This document shows positions 38,301 to 50,293 of a DNA stretch of 58,900 bases, in pieces; position 1 is the first letter of the stretch; each line of letters begins with the position of its first letter. Below the pieces are notes generated by a model, which saw only the letters and a program-made list of their open reading frames with translations, did not search any database and had not been told where the DNA came from. Source of the stretch: Catajapyx aquilonaris. Its lineage: Eukaryota. Location of the stretch: the NCBI GenBank assembly GCA_000934665.2, contig KZ537986.1, positions 124,001-182,900 of the forward strand, in the 5' to 3' direction. Made by a program: the position numbers and the translations under genes.

Positions 38301-38550
38301 ATGCGCAGATAGAAGTTCTAAAACCGACCTGGGGGCAGGAACCAAGCCGAGGGTTCTGCAGCTGGCCCCGCATCCGGTTGCGGGATGAATGGAAGGGTGG
38401 ACAAAGCGAATGGAAACAAAGGCCAACAGCTGCAGGAGTATTGGAGCATAACATGTGTATATGATGTGCCAAATATATCGGCGCGATAAGTGCAGCAAAA
38501 ATGACTTACCAGACCAGCAATGTCCAGCCGGCGAGGTGTGAACGTCCCAT
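35303..38550 (-). CDS. Secreted modular S1A serine protease (signal peptide, Pro/Tyr-rich segment, Cys-rich motif, CUB domain, Thr-rich linker, protease domain), ~677 aa
   Basis: Eleven phase-consistent GT-AG exons: 38550-38510, 38429-38329, 38255-37980, 37916-37784, 37392-37265, 37182-37054, 36987-36613, 36544-36298, 36069-35855, 35768-35566, 35488-35303. Motifs: MGRSHLAGWTLLVCCW (signal), RLDFEEF and WNIRATQIRC (CUB), R|IIGG activation site, TASHC / NDMAL / GDSGGP triad. Confidence 0.92.
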
Positions 38551-41500
38551 TTTAAACGCAAGGGCATCACGAATGCCCGTCCAGGTGCATTACCTCAGCA
38601 GATTTGCTCTCATACAATGGAGATGCAGTTACAATCTATCCACCTTTAGCCGCACTTGAACCCATCCTCATTGCGTGTCTGCCTATATGAAGTGACAAAG
38701 AATATAAAAGGGCCACATAATTTTATGTCCAGCGAACTCGTATGAAAACTCACATCCTCACTCTCGTCTGTGACTTTGCAGGCCCCTTTTGTAAGTGGTA
38801 CTAACACTGCATTCACTTCTTGCGGATGTGATCCCGAAAGTGGATCTCTGCCGGCATTTTGTGCTCCATATAATGAGAAGCTGCGGGAAGTGACGAGGAT
38901 AAATATATGTCACGGCCTTCAGTATTATTAGTAGCCACTGCTCTCTCACTCTCTCTGTACCCACATTACAAAGCCACGCGTGAAGATTTGCACAATATTG
39001 TAGGTCAAACCGCAGGTTACATACGCAACCAGCAGCGTACGGTATACTAATATGAGGTAATTAACTGGCCATTAATCGAGGGAAGTTATAAAAGTTTATG
39101 AAATTTAGGTTTATATGTTGGTGTCGTCGAGTGTCAATGTCCTAAATAGGGTTTGATAATGATATTACCTTTTATTTCACTCCTTTATATGTTGATCTAT
39201 TGTTACTGGAGACTATTACACAATGCCACCAGCACACTTCCTATATGGCCAGATTATAGAAACATAATCAAATCTGAAGCTCGATTGTACGCGTGCCACT
39301 GACACGATTCCGACATAAATAACTTACAAATATTTGTTCTCTAAAAATGGTGGAGAAAGATACTTATTGTTCCAGCATGTATGGAAGGGTTACAACACTC
39401 TTAATTTGCTTGTTTCAAAATTATCAAAATACGACAGTCTACACTGATTATTATAAATTTCAACAAGTCAGCAAGAAGCTAGCCCAATAAGGGCTAGCCT
39501 ACACTGTTTCTAATAACAATAATAATTGTTGCGACAGTAGTCTATTACTCGGTATAGAAAAGGATTGTTCTTTCCTCCGCTCTGCCAAAATCTTTAGTGG
39601 AAGTTCAATGATCACAATAATACCTGATGAAAAACTGAAACGTATCGGCTAATTTTGTACTGCATATCTGGGTTTTGCGAAAAATCGCATTTCAAATTCT
39701 CAATTTTGCAAATTCTCCACTTTAAAATCCAACCGAACACGTATAGTGGTATAATACAGTAATGGTTATTTTTATTTTCAAGGAACGATATTACGTAGAT
39801 ATGTCATTGTGACTAATTTTTTCAGATGACAATTATTATTAATTAAAACCAGAACTGATGATAATAATGGGTCCAAAATCATAACCTCCCATAACCCATA
39901 ACCCGTGTATCCAATGTTGACATAATTTATTTCATTTATTATTAGATGTCTTTTATTTAACAACTGCAGCCGCAAAAACTTGCCTGAAAAATTTAAATTA
40001 AAATAATTTAACATTTCTTGCTCCTAATGTCGTGATTTGAAAGTTTAAAATAGCACAATTCAAAATTTGGAGTTCGGATTTTGGCAACACTCGGATCTGT
40101 AAATCAGGGCTTCACTTCAACATTGGAATCATTGGACCAATAACGCGCAGAGTATTTAAAAAGTAACTGCAGAGCGTTTCGCAAATAGTCAGCAGACAAA
40201 CTGATAAGGGGTGGTGGAAAAAGTGCTCATTTCTTTCTTTCGTATATTTCGGAGATAATCAAAGGTTAAAGTTCCGTCGTACTCTCGTACACATACTGTA
40301 AACGACGAGAATCATTATGAAGCGCGTCTGACATCTCGTTGAGCACAGGTGGTTGGGTGGGGAGAGTGGGGAGGGAGGTGGAGGTGGAAATAATCGGAAG
40401 GATTTCTTAGATTCTTCCTATTATTCACGCACATGATAAAACAATATGTAGCCTACCTTCTTAATGAAACCGAAATCTCCAAAATGAAATATTCGCTAAG
40501 TTCGTCTTGCGATCGAGGTATCGGAGAAATAATATATAAGTCCAAGATGAATAAGCGCGTATCTTTAGGCACACCCTGTAGATGGACGTCTCCAAATGAC
40601 AATTATTGTCATTCGCATAATATTGCACATGCTCTGACTTCAATGCATTTGCATCATCATAAGGACATCACATTGCTGCAGTAGAAACAAAAGATGTATA
40701 ACCTACCACTGCACAATTTCGCCCGAGATTGTTAATTTTATGTAGCTTTTTTGCGCTCCAATAGAGGTATCTATCTGTATAGCCTTGTTTCAGGAATTAG
40801 GTTTCTGCCCCTTCATCGTGTACGCTGCCTAGGTCTACTTGTATTCACCTTGATTCAATTACACGTGAGAATAATTGGGCACATCAATAAGGGCGCAATA
40901 GGCTACACAAAAATTGCAACTTCTGGTGAAATATCTCGTAACCAAAAGGTCAAACTGCCAAGGTCACCAGCAGTTCTCAGTACGATACCGTATCCCGTAT
41001 CCCTAAAAAAACTAACTTTGCCTTGATCAAACATGGCTACCGAAACTCACAGCTGTATTTCAACAGCATCTCTGCCCAATAGTTACCAGATTTCAATTAC
41101 CTCCTTCATTTATTATATTTACCAAAGCCTGTAATTATTTCATGTCGTATAGCATGTGTTTTATGTTATGAAAATAATTTTATCATTAAATATGAGCAAA
41201 GTTTGCCACAACTAATGTACACCAGTCAGCTGTTTCGCTGGCTTTTTTTTATAGTCAACATGTCTCCTCAGGAAAGGCTTCTAACTGGAAACCAGACACC
41301 ATTTTAAATAATTGCGACTTGTACCGTTCACCGTTACATATTTTGTCACACCGACTGGTCACAGGTGCATCGCACACTCACACGCCGTCGGACAGAGCCA
41401 ACCTTCACCTGCCAGTTGCGCCACAAACGTGCGATAATAACATTGCATCTTTAATCACCATTTAAGACCCACTGCACGTATACCACCCTGGAATTACCCT

Positions 41501-41689
41501 GCAATTTGATGCAATAACCACTCCGGAGGGTACAATGCATCCTCAGAATGCAGTCCTAGCCCATTGAATTTAATCAACATTAACAGGCTTTTTATAGTGG
41601 TGTTAAGATCCAGTACGCATGATCCCTACGTGACACCTGCTTCAACCGCCTTGAGCCTCATTGCGACATATCAGTGACTGCCAGCAAGC

Positions 41690-44562
41690 ATGGCTGGAAA
41701 GATGCCGAAGCACAAGGCGGCCACCCAGCGACGGATGCAATTCAGCGAGAGGATCCTGCGCACCCTTAGGATGAGGGAACTGGGACATCGCTCTCCGCTG
41801 GGCACACAGGCGCAGTTCTCGAGTGCGCTGTACACCACCATCCTGCCGTGCAACTACTGGGACCAGACGTCAGGGTCGTGCGCCTCAGTACATGGGGGAG
41901 TGTTCAACCTGGAGTTCAGTCCTGAGGGCTCACTCCTCGTGGCAGCTTGTGAGAGGAGGAGCATACTCATGTTTGATCCGCTCTGTCGGAAGCTTATCCG
42001 CAGTGTAGATGATGCCCATGAGGATTGCGTCAATTGTGTCAGGTGAATGTTGATTGTCGCAGGAATTCTGTCCCTTCATCATTTATGGCTTTAATTCTTC
42101 CCCAAAAGGGTTATTTATTGACAGTTCTAGTTATGAAACATGTAATACTACTTTCTTCATCAGGTTCTTGGACTCGCGCACATTTGCGACCTGCAGTGAT
42201 GACACAACAGTTGCTCTCTGGGATGCTCGCAACTTGAAGCAGAAGATCCGGACTCTTCGGGGTCATTCCAACTGGGTTAAAAACATTGAGTACTCCAGAC
42301 GTGATGGCCTGTTGGTGACATCTGGATTTGATGGGAGTATCTACACCTGGGATATCAACAGCTACACTGAAGAGGGGCTGGTGTACAACAGGGTTTTCCA
42401 CACCAACGGCCTCATGAGGACCAGGCTCAACCCAGATGGGTCCAAGATGGTTATATGCACCACAGGAGGCTACCTCATGATCATTCATGACCTTGATCTC
42501 AGTGCACTCAATCAGGATTTGGCTGGGTTCAAGGTGCAGTTGGCAGTGCCAAGTTTACCTGTATTTATGAGAATAAGTGGCAACAAGTCCAGTTGAGTGT
42601 ATAGGACGAAGCAATATTTCTATTGATTGTGGCTGTTACTGCAATTTGGAGTTTCACATTATGCGGTGACACACTGAGGCCACATACTCTAGTATGAGAA
42701 GGTTTATCAGGATGCTGTTGTGTGTACTCAGTCGCTTCAGTGTCGAGTCTGTTTACCCCAATTTGGTGCTATCCAATGGTCATAGATCAGGGTTCATAAA
42801 ATTTGCTTGCTCAAAAGAATACTTGCATGTGTAATTTTGTTAGTGTTGGATTTGTACAGACCAACCACTGCACTGGTGCCAATATCTAATTGGTGTGATT
42901 TCTATTTCCCAGCCAAACATGTACAGACTGATGCAGCTAAGCCAGACGTCAATTCCTGTTGTGGCCATTTACACTCACCTCTTTAACGCTAAGCGAAATC
43001 GAGTCGAGTTCATCACTGACTTTCCAGAGGGCAATGATGCGGAGGTTATTTCATCTCTGCAGGTGCACCCACAGGGGTGGTGTGTCCTCAGCAGAAACAC
43101 TAGTGGAGATGAGAACTCAGAGGTAAGTGTTTCATTTGCAGAAATCAATGGTAGCTAAGTGGGGAAAATTAGTATTTTCATTAGCAAGCCTATCACAGGG
43201 TAGCCAATTATTTTTATTATTTTCTTTGCGTAGCTGTAAGTTTTGTAGTGGAGGGTTGCAAGACCACACCTCTTAGCTTGTTCATTACAGTGTCCTATAA
43301 CATACGTAAACATACATAAAATACATGTATCTCCATCGTGATAGTATTTCCTGTGCATTTTCATTAAAAAAATCATGATCATTCTTTATTGAAAGGCCCT
43401 CTTATAACTGAACATATCAAAGAAACATGCACATAAAGACAACGTGGAATCTAGATATGTGGGGTCTTTTACCCACAGATAGTGCTCACAGAAATTCTAT
43501 CTCTCACTGAATATACATATTACACATGTGCAGGTTTTTGCATGACATGTCAGCGCTTATAATATGTAAGTACAGTAGGGCACAATTAAAGACTTGGACC
43601 CCATGCATGATAATTTGACTACGAATTCTGGATTGCACCTGATTTTTCTCTTTGTCTCTCTGCAGTGGACCTGTGTACATGATATTCAGGATGTTCCAAG
43701 TGATACCAAAGCACTTGAGACCTCTGAGGCTGCCTCTCCTGATGCCCCCCAGTCAGAATGGTCATCCAACTTTGATGCAGCCTCTGACTCAACCCCACCC
43801 CCATCTAACTCTGGTTATGGAGGTGCTATTCGCACATCAGTCATATTCCCAGGAACACGCAACCAGATTCTTCGACCTCTTGTGCAGCTTCGGTTCAACA
43901 TGGATTCCGATGCTCCTCCACCACCACCTAGGCAAACACCAGTCAGTGTTGAGGTGCACTATGCTTCACCAACAGTGTTTGAGGCTCTGGATGCCATTAG
44001 AGAAGCTAGGGTGAGACAAGTTGCAACCACAGACACACCTGCAGCCCCCCAGACTCCTCCCACAAGCTCACAAGGCCCATCACCAAACAGTCCAGGCAAT
44101 GGAGATGGCCGTAATGCTTACTTCATTCGAACTGGGTCACATGTGAGTGCAAGAACTGTTCTACTGTTAGGTACTAATGGAGCGAGTGGAGCTAGTCCAA
44201 CTGCTGGCCCCTCCCACAGACGTGCACCAATGCACCGAATCCACCAAAACAGCCCTCGACTATTAGGCTATGCCGAGGAACCCAATGTTGGTCGTGGTTT
44301 TATAAAGGAACTGTGCTTCAGCTCTGATGGGCGTCTCATTTTCTCACCATTTGAGAATGGTGTCCGGATCATGGCATTTGATCGTGATGGCTCTGAACTA
44401 AGCGAGTGCGTGCCAGATCAGCCGATGCGCTTGCATGATGTGGCTCGGAACTTTTGCCATGGGAATGTTGTTGTCAGCACCAAGTTCTCTCCAACCCACT
44501 GCCTCTTAGTGTCCGGTTGTCTCAATGGGAAGATCGTCTGGCACCAGCCACTTATTCTTTGA
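41690..44562 (+). CDS. DCAF10: DDB1- and CUL4-associated factor 10-like WD40 protein, ~609 aa
   Basis: Exons 41690-42042, 42164-42533, 42913-43122 and 43666-44562, GT-AG and in phase. Motifs HGGVFNLEFSPEG, AHEDCVNCVRFLD, GHSNWVKNIEY, EEPNVGRGFIKELCFSSDGR and FSPTHCLLVSGCLNGKIVWHQP. Confidence 0.93.
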
Positions 44563-45676
44563 AAGCTTGTCATTGTTTGGCTAACCTGTTGCACACCAGA
44601 AACCACAAAATTTATAAGTGCAAAATTAAGTCTTGAATCATTAGGATGTGGCAATCCAGTGATGGCAAGACAGTGCTTTCAAGTGAATTTTGGGATTTAT
44701 ATCCTGTCTTCATTAGTAGCAAGTCAAGAATTCCCCATTTTATAATTACATTAGTCACAATGAACTTATTACCATGTGATTAAATAATGTACAATGAGCG
44801 AATGTAAGAGTGGCAAATGATAGAGGAAGGGACTCGAATCATGCTATCAGTGGTGAACAGTGAGAGAAAAATCGTGACACTTTCTTGGATATTGCTTTGT
44901 TGTTTATCAGTAATGCATTTGCTACAATGATGTTTCTAGGTATATTACATAGAAGAATTGGATGGACCCTCTTGTTCATTCATGTCAGCATAATAATTGC
45001 AACCACTGGGCAAGTCAACAGTTTTTTACCAATATATTGCTTTACTAGTGTACATTTCAGCAGCTTTTGTGACGTACCGCAATTAGGAATTTTCTGTTTG
45101 GGTGGATTTTTTACACCCATTTACCTGTCCTGAATTTGGGATTATCTTGGGATTCATGATCACTGAAAAAATATTAGGAATTAAATCCTTGCCGTGGATT
45201 CAAATAGAAGAAAACATTATAACAGGAGCTGCATTTTTAAATTTATTGCTTGGGTACATTTGATTCTCCATGCAATTTTAAATAACATCACACTTGTTAC
45301 GTACATCACTAGTAATTCATATGTATATAAGGTCTAGTGACATGGTTTATTGTTTCGTAAGCATTTTTTTTTTCTTATGTGAAGACTTAAACATGTGTAA
45401 ATATTGCTTGAAGCGAGGCTGGGAGGCAGCTTGACGAAAGTGGTGATGGGTTTTGTTTTTTGTTGATGCCTATCAATGTGTGTTAGGCCCATTCTTGTCT
45501 TCCAAAGAGGATAATGACTTATTATTTCCTCATATCATGCTTGGAAAAGGGTTTACTGCTTTTTAGTATTTATTTCTGGAGCAATTTAGTCCATTTTGGA
45601 CCATTTGTGCTTTTCTTCCCACAATAACCAAACTTGTACAGTGGAAATAAAATAAAATAAAGGCAGCATAAGGATG

Positions 45677-48214
45677 TTATTTTTTCTGCCGCCAGTCCCT
45701 GTCATTTCGCCTCTGAGGGTTTAACATGTGGACAATCAGCTGCAAGGAAAAAATTCACTTGATTTTTTAAAAAAATATCGAAGTAGGCAACTAAAGGATA
45801 TATTAGCAAATCTGCATTTTCCTATGGCAGTGGATTGCACTACGTGAGACATTCTCATTTGCAAGTCTACTCACTGTGCTTCCCCTGGCCTTGGCCATGT
45901 CGTAGGCAGTGCGTCCATGTCTTGTCTTGATCGAGATGTCGGCGCCTTCCTTCACCAAGAAACACACCATGTCATCTTTTCCAGTGAGGACTGCATGCAT
46001 CAAGCAGGTGCGATTATGGTTGTCCTTTGCATTCACATCAGCACCTGCTTTTATCAGCTCCTCGACGATCTTCAGGTTAGACCCAAGCAAGACTAGATGA
46101 TAGAAGGAAATAAGAGGAATTTCTGAGAATGAGCATGTGATGTTACCCAAAATGTGATTGGAAAGATCATTGCATGTGTTTCAGGCATGCAAATCAGGAA
46201 TTCTGTTGTTTATTGATGCCTGTAATGAAATTATTAAGGTTTTGGCAGTCATTACCTGACCGAGATAATGGTGTCCACCCTCCCCCATCACGTACGTCTA
46301 CATATGCTCCATTCTGAAGCGCATACTGTACCACATTAGTGTGCCCTCCATCCACAGCATAGTGAAGGGCCTGTGATCCTGCCCTGTCAACCATTACAAA
46401 AGATTATAATTATTAATGCCACTAATAGATATGCAATTACATAAGTATAGCAATGCCTGTTTTTAAATGAAGGTTTAGAGGTAATGGGGTTCACAGCAAC
46501 TGGACTTCAGTACTGTGATACCATATTTCACTTATTCAGAAGCTGAGAGACCTGTCTTTGCACTCCCAGGACGCTCCATTCTGGTGGAGGTACTTGACCA
46601 CATCCAGGTGCCCATTATATGCAGCCAACATGAGAGCAGTTTTGGCCACCGAGCTACTCCTCTGGTTTACATCTGCTCCTTTTTCCGCAATTAGTTCAAC
46701 AAATGGCAGCTTGCCTTTGCTAGCAGCGGCTTGTAGAGGGGTCATTCCATGATGGTTGAACAAGTCGCGGCAGCTTGGTCTAAGTACATCAAGCATATTT
46801 TTTTAAACCAATGATGTGCTGAGAGATTTGAATTAGTGTCTGACACATACCCTGCCTTGAGAATCTTCTCTGCCTTTTCAAAAGCTCCATAGTTGATAGC
46901 TTGGTGCAGCTCAGTGGCTGATGGCGGCTCTTCTGTGGAGGTTCTTATATTAGGACAGTTTCATAGATGCTGCAGTTAAACATCTGTAACTATTTCAGTA
47001 CTTGCCATCAGTTCGTGCCACACACGTCCCACTCCACTCCTCTGAGTTGCTCTTGCGAATTCGGAACTGGTAGAGGCAGTCGGGGAGCAATTCAGTTGCG
47101 TCTGTCTTTAGGCGAAGCCCCCTATATTTTCAGAGAGTGCAATTAATACATCATTACATATAACTTTGCATTTCTGAACTAGTCTGCATGCATTATTTAC
47201 TGACAAGTGAGTAGACAGGAACCGTATTACATTATTTTAACATTATTATTCATGGAAATGTTGGAAACATTCGCCCAACCAGAATGAGAAAATAAATTTT
47301 TCACTGTTTGTTTTTGCAAAACTTAAGCATGTGAAATATTGTGAAAATTTTGTGCCTTGTTATAACGTGATGAAAGGTTCAATTTCAGTAGCTGTGAAAT
47401 GTTAACTGGCTATTAACTCTGGCAATGAATCATGCCATAATGTGCTTTGCTGGCCAGAGAAAGTTGGATATTGAACTTTAAAAGCATATTGTTTTTTTCA
47501 ATGGCATTTATAGCAAGGAAAATCCTTGGTATGCAATACACACAATGATAAGTGATGCTGCAAAATGCCCTCAAGGATAATTTTTTATTACAGATTGTAA
47601 TTCATTAAACTCATAAATTTTTTATTGCAGATATCCTTGCTATATACTGTACCACACCTTATCAGCACAGTAACATCACTAACATGCATATATATCATAT
47701 AAACAGCAGCTAAACTTTTTTTAATGTCAGGGAGGTGTCAGCGAATGTGTCAAACATGAGTCAGCATCATGTTGGGAAAACATTGCATTAGGACATCTGC
47801 CTGATTACTTTTCCAAGATTACAGCTCCATATGAGAGAACCCCAATTATAATGAGACTGTATATCGTTGCTGATGCATACTTGTAAATGCACTTCCATCC
47901 CATCCAAGGCAGGTACATCTCAACAGTGACGCTGGCCCTCTTAGCATCCCCATCAGCTTGATCTTCCATATGCTCTTTCCAACCAACAGTCACGCTGTTG
48001 TGGGTGGACTTGATCAGCTGCAAATTCGATCCGCTTTCCACATCTATAATTAATCAGACATATTGTGTATTTTCTAAAAAATTACCCCCAGCAGACTTCA
48101 CATGCCCACACTGTACGTACCACTCTCCGACCATTTACTACTGATAGTGGTCTCAGATTGTGCCACTAGGTCCCCAGACGACACAGGCCTGCTTTTCTCC
48201 GACTCTTCCTCCAT
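45677..48214 (-). CDS. FANK1: Fibronectin type III and ankyrin repeat domain protein 1-like, ~363 aa
   Basis: Exons 48214-48121, 48043-47881, 47121-47006, 46932-46851, 46779-46552, 46383-46256, 46092-45875 and 45739-45677. N-terminal FN3-like region (STHNSVTVGW...LLPDCLYQFRIR) followed by EPPSATELHQAI and ankyrin repeats (TPLQAAA, TALMLAAYNGH, ALHYAVDGGH, GWTPL, TCLMHAV). Confidence 0.85.
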
Positions 48215-48249
48215 CTTCGCAAATTTTTACAGAGCAGTTTGTTATTGAC

Positions 48250-48760
48250 ACCGATCGGTTGCCATGGGGAGCATACCCCGGGGGGGGTCGCCATTATTAT
48301 TATCATTATTATTCATATTCCCGCATTCGAAGAAGGGTGTGTGGCTCGAAAATACATCGGATAAAAATATATATAAGGACATCGCCCCCCTCCAGCTGCT
48401 GTTACCTCCCACTGCGGCCAACAAGGGCTGCAGGCTGTGCATATAAGCAGAAAACATCCGGAGGTCATCGCTCGTGTCCGCTTCCGACACAAGAAAGGAT
48501 CAAGGTGGGCGGTGACGTACACGTCGCAAATTTAATTTGTGCGTATGCATGTCAAGGGGGGAAGTTGAAAAAATTGGAGGTTAACTGGTTTGTGACGTCC
48601 GCGATCAAAAACGCGATTTGCAGTCTGGGAACAAAATAGCGGCGATAATAGTAGCGTTTTAAACAAGCGACGCTGAAATCGCAGCGATCGCAGTCCAGAC
48701 AGCTGCGAGAGGTCACGTGACCCCGTGACGTCACTGCAATCAGCTGCGTGACGTAGGGAA
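48250..48760. promoter_or_regulatory. Shared CpG-rich divergent promoter region between FANK1-like and fem-1
   Basis: X-box-like GTTGCCATGGGGAG 48258-48271; TGACGT at 48513, 48593 and 48749; GGTCACGTGACC 48711-48722; GTGACGTCAC 48725-48734; plus-strand donor gg|gtgagt at 48877/48878. Confidence 0.65.
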
Positions 48761-50293
48761 GTGGTCTCTGAAGCAGGATCTGCTTCGTTTCCCCGATCCT
48801 TCTTAGTTGTCTGCTTCGAAAAGTCATTCTTTGGAGAGATTGTCTGGTTGACGGGGGTTTGTCTGGAAGGATGGAGGGTGAGTTGTCTCTGGCACGGGGT
48901 TTTGTAATGAGTTGAGGGGGATTGGTAGGGAACGGCTCAAAGTAAAGGGAGGGTTAGGCCTGGTTATTTACCGTTATTTTTAACTTATGTGGGTCTGCCC
49001 TGGGGGGGATAGTGGAGGAGGGCATGCTTTGTGTTAGTGGAGGGCAAAGGACTTGCTTTTTTTGGGGGCAAGTGCATGTGGCATGTTGCGGGGGTTCAAT
49101 ATGCTCTTATGCACTGAGCAGTACGCTGGGTAACGAGAGGTGGCCGTTGTTGGGTTTGGTAAGTGCTACCGTGTAGTCGTCGGCACCGGTATAGTACGGC
49201 CGTTAGCGTGCGATCGGTTAAAGCGAGAAGTAGCCTTCGCTTCAGTTTCAGGCAGTGTGCGGTACAGGACCTATTTTGTGCTGGGTGGTACAGTACCTAT
49301 GGGGGCAACTTGGGTCAATATGTGGTTGCTAGGCAAAGTATTGCCAATTTAGATAAATTGCTGATCATCTGGTTTCATGCCAAACTGGGGTTAATTTTGT
49401 TGGCATTGAACAAGTTAATATGTTAGTATCAAGGGAATTAATATAGAGTGATGTGAAATCAGATGCTTTATCTGGGTTGGCAACACACTGCCGAGCAACC
49501 TTGTAGTGTACTGGGTTTGGGTATAGGTCTGGTTTTCTTGGTGCTATGCAAGTGACCTCAGACTGTGACCCAATCGCAGGTAATTGTATAATCTTGTGAG
49601 GGAAGCTTAAGTCATCTGAACAGGGTGCGAGAGCTACGTAATTTGAAAATGTTTCAGTCTATTTTAACTGTTGTGTCATGAAGCTTCAGCAAGGAATTAG
49701 ACATTCCAATAAACACGTATGAAATCGATGGAGATTCATCTGAGATTGACCTTGCATTCACCAAGGAGTCATTTGAGTGTCTCCCTTTTGTTTGATTCTG
49801 GGAACTGCAGTAAAAATGAACAGGCAACATATTTGATGGGGAAAAAAAATCTGAAATGAAATGTCTGTAACTGAGGACTCCCGTGAAAGAGCATTTTGTG
49901 ATTTTTAAAATGCAGACGTTTTCCTCCAAGTTTGAGTAGAATTTGAACCAGGAACCAGGAAGGGAATATCAAGTGTTCCCTTTTTGATTGGCTGTGAATG
50001 ACACAGCCTGCATTTGTGCTCTAAACGTAGCGAATATATCTTACGAATGCATTTTATAAAATACAAATGATGCTCCTCATACCAAAGTTCAAGTACACAG
50101 AATCTTGGAAACTTGCAGGATCTGCTGTTGCTAACCCTTGCCTCTAAATGCACTAAATTAATCCCTTGCACTAAATTAATGTAAATATAACTAACCTAGC
50201 ATTACTAGTGCATGCTTTAAAGAAAATGTACCTTCCCTCACCTCAAGTCTTTCCTATTCCTTCCACTACCTGCAGAAGTACACCAACTCAGAC

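Noticed and set aside
39620..39650. CTGATGA...GAAAC minimal hammerhead ribozyme
   Set aside because: Stem II is at most 1 bp and no stem I pairing flanks a cleavage triplet.
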